From Chloroflexota bacterium (GTDB lineage Bacteria; Chloroflexota; Dehalococcoidia; UBA2979), in the NCBI GenBank assembly GCA_027593235.1, contig JAQCIU010000026.1, forward strand, positions 1-44,756: a DNA stretch of 44,756 nt, written 5' to 3'. The translations under genes and the position numbers were made by a program. Positions 38,494 through 44,756 of this stretch are shown one piece after another. The stretch's first letter is position 1, and each line of letters opens with the position of its first letter. The notes under the pieces were generated by a model that worked only from the letters and a program-made list of their open reading frames with translations, was not told the DNA's origin and did not search any database.

Positions 38494-39360
38494 CTACGCC
38501 TGCGTCGGTATACGCACGGCGTCGTCGACCGCTTCCAGCACTGCGTCGAGCATCCGCGGGTCACGCGGGTACTCGAGTCGGAACACCGGCAGCCACGCCG
38601 CCAGCGACGATGCCAGATCCAGGTAACGGATCGCCGAGGCAGGCGGCCCCGGCGGTGCGAAGAACGACCGCGCGATCACGTCCGTTGATTCCGCCGCGCC
38701 GCAGCGCGCCACCCGCACCGCGGCTCCGTCGCCAACGCGATCGATCGCGAACAACGCGAGGACGGGCCGCGCTCCCGAGGCCAGTCGAATCCCCTCCGCG
38801 TCCGCGTCAATCCGGCGCTTGCCGGTCAGCGTCACCACCTCGCCCGCCTGCACCGAGGGCAGCAGGTCCGTCGCGTGTTCCGCATGCAGACGCAACGTCG
38901 TAATCGACCCGATCCCCTGCCGATCGACCGCGCTGACCAGCACCCCGTCGTCGGCCACCAGCGCCGCGCCCCGCGTCGCCCCGGCAATCGCCAGCGTCGA
39001 CTTGCCACTGCCGCTCGGACCGGTGAACAGCACCGCGCCCGCCCCGCGGTCAATCGCCGAGGCGTGAAGCACCGGCTGGTCCCACGCCGTCAGCGCCGTC
39101 GGCACCGCCACGTCCACCAGCAGGTGTTGAAGGATCGGCGCCGGCATCTCCTGAAGCTGCTGCAGGTGGACATGCCGATCTTCGCTGAACGTCAGCATCG
39201 CTAGGTCGAGCAGTTGGTAGTGCGCCGGGCCCGCCATCGCCTCGCGATCCGTCGTCAGCCGGAACACCGGCGCCGCCGCCCCCGCTCCCGCGATCGGCAG
39301 ATCGAGGTCAGCGGTCGATGCGATCGTCCGCCCGTAGCTCGTGTACAGCCTGACGCTCAT
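38494..39360 (-). CDS. HPr-kinase-like P-loop kinase of lasso cluster
   Basis: VLHASAI, GPSGSGKSTL, LVADD motifs. Confidence 0.82.
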   Translation of the reverse strand: MSVRLYTSYGRTIASTADLDLPIAGAGAAAPVFRLTTDREAMAGPAHYQLLDLAMLTFSEDRHVHLQQLQEMPAPILQHLLVDVAVPTALTAWDQPVLHASAIDRGAGAVLFTGPSGSGKSTLAIAGATRGAALVADDGVLVSAVDRQGIGSITTLRLHAEHATDLLPSVQAGEVVTLTGKRRIDADAEGIRLASGARPVLALFAIDRVGDGAAVRVARCGAAESTDVIARSFFAPPGPPASAIRYLDLASSLAAWLPVFRLEYPRDPRMLDAVLEAVDDAVRIPTQA

Positions 39361-39881
39361 CGGTCAGCGCCCCGCGCGCCCGGCGCGCCCTGAGCACCCC
39401 GAGTGCCGCCCATCACCGACGCCGATCCTTCGAGGGCTGCGAAACGCTCCCGGACATCCGGTCCGTCGTCCACCGCAACTTGATCCACCTCGACCCACGC
39501 ATGCGCCTCGAACGTCGCGCCGTCCCGGCGTGACCCGATCACCACCACCGCATCGACGCCCCGTCGACGCAACAACCACCACAGGAACGTCGCGCGCGCC
39601 AGGCACCCTCGTCGATCCAGACGCAGCGCCGCCGCCACCGTCGCCACCGGTGCCGCGAGCCGTCGCCCGGTCGCCACGCCATCCATCGAGGTCTGGTCGT
39701 GGCGCCCGCTGAGCGGATCGCCCAGCACGCGCCGCACCGCCCGCAACCCGCCGAAGCGAGCCGTCAGGTGCACTGCCGGCAATGCGAACACGGACGCGAC
39801 CGCGATCCGCCGCTGCTCGCCGTCGAAGTCGCCGAAGCGTCGGAAGGCTCTACGCTGGTACGAGGTCAACGAGCCCGGCAT
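39357..39881 (-). CDS. Lasso peptide leader peptidase (B2, transglutaminase-like)
   Basis: CLARA catalytic Cys and FEAHAWVE His motif; start uncertain (ATG 39881). Confidence 0.88.
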   Translation of the reverse strand: MPGSLTSYQRRAFRRFGDFDGEQRRIAVASVFALPAVHLTARFGGLRAVRRVLGDPLSGRHDQTSMDGVATGRRLAAPVATVAAALRLDRRGCLARATFLWWLLRRRGVDAVVVIGSRRDGATFEAHAWVEVDQVAVDDGPDVRERFAALEGSASVMGGTRGAQGAPGARGADR

Positions 39882-40146
39882 CGAGCAGCTCCCGGAGCAG
39901 CACCGCGAGGTCGGCGCGGACGGTCGCCTCGGCTTCCCCGTGCGCCTCCGCCACCTGTGCCGCCACCGCGCTCGGCGACGCACCATCGACGAGCCCGTCG
40001 ATGAACGCCCGCGCCGTGAGGTTCAGCCCGAAATAGGCCTCCGTCTTCAGATCGAGCAAGATCAGCTCGTCGCCGACTTCGCGTCGCAACACGTCCGCGC
40101 CCAGGCGGATTTGTCCCGTCAGTAGTTGATCGTCTGTCACGGACAT
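39850..40146 (-). CDS. PqqD-family RiPP recognition element (lasso B1/E protein)
   Basis: ELILLDL...YFGLN.TA...L..LLDAGLV pattern, 98 aa. Confidence 0.9.
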   Translation of the reverse strand: MSVTDDQLLTGQIRLGADVLRREVGDELILLDLKTEAYFGLNLTARAFIDGLVDGASPSAVAAQVAEAHGEAEATVRADLAVLLRELLDAGLVDLVPA

Positions 40147-40155
40147 GTCCTCTCC

Positions 40156-41091
40156 TCAGACCAACAACGCGTGGGGAGCAATCGGGATCGCGTCTAGGCT
40201 GTTGCCGTTGCGACGCTCGTCCCCGGCGGACACCTGCCACCGCCAGACGTCGCCCGCGTCCAGCCGATCGAACGACAGTTCCACGTTGACCTCGTCGCCT
40301 TCGAGGAGTTGCAGCGGCTCCAGCAGGGGGAGCGTGATCTGCCCGTACGTCGTGTAGCTATCCCCCGGTGCGGAGTCGTAGCTAATCCCCTCGATCAACG
40401 TCGCGTCGAACCAGAGCGCGATCGTGTTGGCCGGGCCATCCGCGAGCGCCCGGAGGATCGTGCTCCCACGCCGCTTACGGCTGCGCAGGTTGTCCGCATC
40501 CGCGTAGTCGATGCTCGTCCAGACCCCCGAGGTCGTCACGATCTGATCCGCTTCGAGCTGCACGCGCCGCGGAACGCTGAGCGCGTGTCGCCGCAACGCA
40601 TCGAAGTCGAGCCCCGGCTCGTCCCACGCCGTCTCCAGCTCCGCGCGGTCGACGTACGCCAGCGCGGCGCGCAGATCGTCGCGCTGCTGCAGCCAGACGC
40701 CCCCCGGAGCCATCACGTCCTCCCGCACGTCCGCGACCACCGACAAACCCGAGGTGTGCAGGGGCAGCGGCCCGCGTAGATCCGCGATCACCACGTTCGG
40801 AGCCTCTGGCAATTCGATCGTTCGGATGTCGCCTCTGAAAGCCTGGATCCGCTCTTCCAGCCCGTTGGCGCGTGCCAACAACGGCACCGCATCCACGGCC
40901 TCCAGCAGATCCACCGCGAACACGCGGCGCGCGCCCAGCCGGGCCGCGACCGCGGCGAAAAATCCCGGTCCCGAGCCGAGATCGAGCACCACGCTATCGG
41001 GACCGACGGTCCGCGTCAGCGCGGCCACATACGCATCGCGTCGGCGGCGATCCCGCAGCATGGTGCTGAAGTGGACCATGTCATAAGGCAT
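40156..41091 (-). CDS. Class I SAM-dependent methyltransferase, PRMT-like
   Basis: H...ML.D..R..AY N-terminal helix, VLDLGSGPG, LWFDATL and SAPG..TTYGQ in the C-terminal beta domain. Confidence 0.8.
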   Translation of the reverse strand: MPYDMVHFSTMLRDRRRRDAYVAALTRTVGPDSVVLDLGSGPGFFAAVAARLGARRVFAVDLLEAVDAVPLLARANGLEERIQAFRGDIRTIELPEAPNVVIADLRGPLPLHTSGLSVVADVREDVMAPGGVWLQQRDDLRAALAYVDRAELETAWDEPGLDFDALRRHALSVPRRVQLEADQIVTTSGVWTSIDYADADNLRSRKRRGSTILRALADGPANTIALWFDATLIEGISYDSAPGDSYTTYGQITLPLLEPLQLLEGDEVNVELSFDRLDAGDVWRWQVSAGDERRNGNSLDAIPIAPHALLV

Positions 41092-41136
41092 TGGCTGATC
41101 ACCCGATCTGCACGATTGAGGGTCGGACTGCGGGGC

Positions 41137-41183
41137 TTAAATAAAGAGCGTTGCAGGGAGGCTCGCCTCCCTGCAACGCTCTT
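41137..41183 (-). terminator. Intrinsic terminator/attenuator between precursor and maturation genes
   Basis: Perfect 18-bp inverted repeat at 41144-41183 running into a TTTATTT tract on the minus strand. Confidence 0.8.
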
Positions 41184-41221
41184 CGAGTCAGGGTTCGCGA
41201 TCCGCGAGGGACCGCGACTGA

Positions 41222-41362
41222 CTAGTCGTCGCTCTTGCCAAGGATGTCGAAGTCGTTGGCCATGCCAACTGCCTTCTCGTTGCCGTCGTTGCCATACCCG
41301 CTCTTCGCGGAGGTCAGGTCAGCGAGCAGGCCAAGTCGCGTAACGGTCGGTCGTTCGTACAA
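41222..41362 (-). CDS. Lasso peptide precursor (46 aa): leader MYERPTVTRLGLLADLTS, core AKSGYGNDGNEKAVGMANDFDILGKSDD
   Basis: Manual translation; TTG start after AAAGGCGGGGA; leader fits YxxPx(L/V)xxxGxxxxxTx; core has Ala1 and Asp8. Confidence 0.88.
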   Translation of the reverse strand: MYERPTVTRLGLLADLTSAKSGYGNDGNEKAVGMANDFDILGKSDD

Positions 41363-41411
41363 GATCCCCGCCTTTCGGTGTTTTGGCGATGCCGCGCACC
41401 GCCTGGAAATA

Positions 41412-41516
41412 TGCTCTGTGATCCCAGTGTGATCCGCAATAACCGGTAACCTAATTGACTGTCAAAAGACTGATGGATCACACACTAATCTGTCAGGCGA
41501 TCCTGCTCTGTGATTT
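41412..41516. promoter_or_regulatory. AT-richer promoter region with repeated TGTGAT(C/T)(C/T) boxes upstream of the precursor
   Basis: TGTGATCC at 41417 and 41428, inverted copy at 41475-41482, TGTGATTT at 41509; palindrome TTGAC-T-GTCAA at 41455-41465. Confidence 0.5.
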
Positions 41517-41672
41517 CACTGCCCCACGAACGAGCCGGCTGGACCGCTGAATCGACGAGCATCCTGACCTGTGCGATTGAGCTCCGCGTTCTCGCTCCGC
41601 CGGCTCCGCCCTCGCCGTCAACGGCCGCCGTCGGCCATCGCCGTCTCCGGCCACCTCTGCTGGCCGCGCCGC

Positions 41673-43232
41673 CTACTCCACGAGGGCGCGCACCACGGCG
41701 GAGCGCACCGCCGTCACCTGCGCGCCGAAGCTCGCGAGGATCCGGCTCCCCCCGCCGTCGGATCGTGCGACGCCGATCAGCAGGTGCGCCGAGTCGATCT
41801 CGCCGCTCTCCAGCTCCCGCGCCTCCGCTGCCGCGAACTCGATCGCCCGCTTCGCCTCATCGGTCAGTCCGCGCACCGCGCCCGCGTTGTCGTCACGTCG
41901 GCCGGCGCGCCCGATCGCCCCCTCGACTGCCGCGATCTCCACCCCCAGCGCCTTCAGCGCCCGCGCCGCGGGACCGTCGTTGGGACGCGCGATCGCCAGC
42001 AGCATCGATTCGGTGCCAATCGGGCCACCGCGTCGTCGCGCCTCCGCGTCGGCCTGCGTTAGCGCCGCGCGCGCCCGCCCGGTGAACCTGTCGAACCGGT
42101 CGGGCGATCCAGTCGGCCGCGACATCGTAGTGTGGCCGTTCCGCGGATCCAGCATCCGTATCGTCTGCCCCGACTCCGATGCCGCCCGCACCGCATCCAG
42201 GATCTCCTGACACGCCACCGCGTCGTCGAAGTTCGGCGCCGGCGAGCTGCCCTCGCGGATCCCCCGCTCGAACTCCCGCACCAGCAACCGGAACGAGGCC
42301 AGCCGGTCGTCGCGGTTGTCCACGATCGGCACATATCGAGGATCGACCGGTAGCTCCTCGAGCCGGCGGTCCTCGGCCCCGCCCGCGCGCACCACGCCGT
42401 CCGGCTCCGGGTTCGGCCCCCGCTGCGTCGCCACCAGCACGCCCCTCGACCCCGCGATCGTGATCCGCGCGCCCAGGCTCGGCGCGACGAGCGACGAGGC
42501 AGTCATCGAGGCGACGACGCCGTTCTCGAACAACAGCGTCACCGCGAACGAGTCGTCGGTGTCCGCTTCGCGTGGGTTGCCGTCGGCGTCCATCCGCGCG
42601 GGCATGCGCGTCGTCAGCCGGCCACTCACCTCCGCGACATTGCCGAACCAGTGCCGTAGCCCGTCGATGTAGTGCGATCCCAGCGCGCCAAGCAGCCCGC
42701 CCCCCTGCGCCTTGTCCGAGGCCCAGCTGAACGGCGGCGGCGAATCCGGCCGCGGCCGTCCCATCAGCAGCTCCGCCGACACCAACTCCGGCTTCCCGAT
42801 CCGCCCGCCGTCCAGCAGGTCCTTGATCTGCGCCCGCTGCGGCGCAAACCGGAACTCATGCGCCACCATCGCGGTCAGCCCCTGCTCGCGAGCCAGATCG
42901 CGCATCGCCCGCGCCTCGACCCCGTTGAGGGCGAACGGCTTCTCGCAGAGCACGTGCTTCCCCGCTCGCAGCGCCGCCATCACCATCTCGCGGTGCGCCG
43001 CCGGCGGCGTCGTCACCGCGACCGCATCGAGGTCGTCGCGCGCGACGAGGTCCTGCCAGTCCTCGGCCACCCCGGCGATACCCAACTCGGCGGCCTTGCC
43101 GGCGGCAATCGCCTGGCGGCGGCCCCAGACGACCGGCACCTCCCAGCCCTCGGCGAGGAAGGCGGGCACGTGCACCCGCGCGCCGAACCCGACGCCGATC
43201 ACGCCGATGCGCAGCGGTTGGTTCGCGGTCAT
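41673..43232 (-). CDS. Gfo/Idh/MocA oxidoreductase fused to a C-terminal Clp N-terminal (double Clp-R) domain
   Basis: GVIGVGFG, HVLCEKP, GSHYID; tail FDRFTGRARAAL...IGTESMLL...LTDEAKRAIE...HLLIG. Confidence 0.82.
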   Translation of the reverse strand: MTANQPLRIGVIGVGFGARVHVPAFLAEGWEVPVVWGRRQAIAAGKAAELGIAGVAEDWQDLVARDDLDAVAVTTPPAAHREMVMAALRAGKHVLCEKPFALNGVEARAMRDLAREQGLTAMVAHEFRFAPQRAQIKDLLDGGRIGKPELVSAELLMGRPRPDSPPPFSWASDKAQGGGLLGALGSHYIDGLRHWFGNVAEVSGRLTTRMPARMDADGNPREADTDDSFAVTLLFENGVVASMTASSLVAPSLGARITIAGSRGVLVATQRGPNPEPDGVVRAGGAEDRRLEELPVDPRYVPIVDNRDDRLASFRLLVREFERGIREGSSPAPNFDDAVACQEILDAVRAASESGQTIRMLDPRNGHTTMSRPTGSPDRFDRFTGRARAALTQADAEARRRGGPIGTESMLLAIARPNDGPAARALKALGVEIAAVEGAIGRAGRRDDNAGAVRGLTDEAKRAIEFAAAEARELESGEIDSAHLLIGVARSDGGGSRILASFGAQVTAVRSAVVRALVE

Positions 43233-43299
43233 CGCGGCCTCCGGTGGATGATGGGACTCGCCGGTGTGTGGGCGGTGAGCATACTCGCGCCGCGCAAGC

Positions 43300-44583
43300 C
43301 TATCCGGCCCCGGCGACACCGTCGGTGTCCTCCGGAGGATCCACCACGATCCCCAGCTCCGGGTCCCGCAGCTCCGCGTCCTGCGCCACGATCCCACCAA
43401 CCGCGACCGCACAGGCGATCGCCCCCAGCACCACCGCCAACGGCGCACCAAACGCCGCCGCCAGCGCACCGCTCAGCGTGAAGCCCAGCGGTGGACCGCC
43501 GCCCGCCAGCATGCTGCGGAACGCCTCCACCCGCCCACGCAGCGCGTCCGGCGAGATCGCCAGGATCGCCGAGTTCCTCGGAATCATCTGGATCACATTC
43601 GTCGCGCCTAGCAATGCTCCCGCCACCAGACTCAGTCCGAACCAGGGCGACGCCGCAAGCAGCACCAGCGACAGCGCGTAACCCAGAACCCCGAACACCG
43701 TATAGAGCCCCTTGTGGCGGACGTCGCCCAGCGACAGCATCGCCGTCGCCGCAATCATGCTGCCCACCCCCGGCGCGGCGCTCAGCAGCCCGAACCCCGT
43801 CGCGCCCACCCCCAGCGAGTCCGCGAAGATCGGCAGCAACGCCCGGTAGCTGCCAAGCACCGTCGCCGCCAGATCCAGCATCAGCAGCGACACGATCACC
43901 CGCCGCTGCCGCACGAACGCGAGACCCTCCAGGAAGCTCCGCCACGGGCTGTCCGTCGTCGCCTCCGGCGTCGACGGTGTCCGGATCCCGACGATCGCCA
44001 CCATCGCTGCGAGGTAGATCGCCCCGTTCAGCAGGTACGTGGTCCCCAGGTCAAACATCCCGACCACGATCCCGCCGAGCGCCGGCCCGATGATCTGCGA
44101 GGTCTGGCCGATCGTCGCGTTCAGCGCGACGGCATTCACCAGGTTGCGCCGCGGGATCAAGCTCGGAATCAACGCCGTCCGCGCTGGCTGAGTCACGGCG
44201 CTGAACGACGCGTTGAGGAACGTGATCGCATAGAGGTGCCACAGCGAGACCGCGCCCGTCAGCGTCAGCCCCGCAAGCGCGAGGATCAGCACGCCGTTCG
44301 CGATCTGCCCCGCCTGGATCAACCGCACCCGGTTGAACCGATCGGCGAACACCCCGCCCACCATCGACAGCACCATGTGCGGCAGCGCCCGCGCCAACCC
44401 CGTCAGCCCCAGCAGCAGCGCGTCGCCGGTCAGCTCATAGACCTGCCAGAAGATCGCCGTCTGCAGCAGTTGCACGCCCAGCGATGTGAGCAGCAGCGAG
44501 CCAGCGAAACGCCGGTAGTCGCGATAGGCGAGCGCCGCTACGGCGACGCGTAGCCCTCTTTCCCCGGCCTGGCTCCGCGCCAT
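43300..44583 (-). CDS. MFS transporter (EntS/DHA3-like)
   Basis: ALAYRDYRRF, GGVFADRFNR, PARTALIP, ALRGRV. Confidence 0.88.
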   Translation of the reverse strand: MARSQAGERGLRVAVAALAYRDYRRFAGSLLLTSLGVQLLQTAIFWQVYELTGDALLLGLTGLARALPHMVLSMVGGVFADRFNRVRLIQAGQIANGVLILALAGLTLTGAVSLWHLYAITFLNASFSAVTQPARTALIPSLIPRRNLVNAVALNATIGQTSQIIGPALGGIVVGMFDLGTTYLLNGAIYLAAMVAIVGIRTPSTPEATTDSPWRSFLEGLAFVRQRRVIVSLLMLDLAATVLGSYRALLPIFADSLGVGATGFGLLSAAPGVGSMIAATAMLSLGDVRHKGLYTVFGVLGYALSLVLLAASPWFGLSLVAGALLGATNVIQMIPRNSAILAISPDALRGRVEAFRSMLAGGGPPLGFTLSGALAAAFGAPLAVVLGAIACAVAVGGIVAQDAELRDPELGIVVDPPEDTDGVAGAG

Positions 44584-44663
44584 CGGCGCGCCGCTCCATC
44601 CTCGTCATCAGCGAACACAGAGCGTACGCGCCGCTATGGCGAGGAGGGAGGTGGTGGCAGTCG

Positions 44664-44756
44664 CTAGTGCACTGTCTCAAGAACGGCTTTACAGCGGCCG
44701 ACCTTCTCGAGGATGGCGTCAACTGAGGCGGTCCAGACGAACGGCTTGGGGTTATC
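44664..44756 (-). mobile_element. 3' end of an IS630-family transposase (partial, runs off the window)
   Basis: Manual translation DNPKPFVWTASVDAILEKVGRCKAVLETVH*; the TAG stop lies in a CTAG, as is typical at IS630 ends. Confidence 0.75.

Noticed and set aside
39850-40146. PQQ biosynthesis (pqqD)
   Set aside because: No pqqA/B/C/E or radical SAM gene is present; the context is lasso peptide
41235-41432. Plus-strand 65-aa ORF as the precursor
   Set aside because: It is antisense to the operon; the minus-strand 46-aa ORF has the lasso leader motif and an RBS
1-44756. Genome-wide UGA reassignment (genetic code 4 or 25) to explain three internal TGAs
   Set aside because: Several genes end naturally at TGA (3323, 8291, 10511, 31263), some in ATGA/GTGA overlaps, and Trp is encoded by TGG

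Overview
High-GC bacterial window of about 45 genes. The gene content (LLM oxidoreductase, CoA-transferase, thiolase/DUF35, Tat-type Rieske protein) suggests Chloroflexota/Dehalococcoidia, but this is inference only. Most genes are catabolic or redox enzymes, MFS/ABC transporters and regulators. Two things stand out. (1) A complete lasso-peptide gene cluster on the minus strand (36826-41362). Its 46-aa TTG-start precursor is missing from the ORF track, and the cluster adds a PRMT-like methyltransferase and an HPr-kinase-like kinase even though the predicted core has no Arg and no terminal Ser. (2) Three genes interrupted by in-frame TGA codons. One is a GrdB-family selenoprotein (UPVC). One is a DUF35-partnered thiolase-fold enzyme whose UGA sits in the C-terminal catalytic loop and is followed by a hairpin with nearly the same geometry as the GrdB one, making it a candidate new selenoprotein family. 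The third is a Rieske gene whose TGA looks like a CGA>TGA nonsense change. Also present: LLM-TfoX_C and Gfo/Idh/MocA-ClpN fusions, and the 3' end of an IS630 transposase at the right edge.
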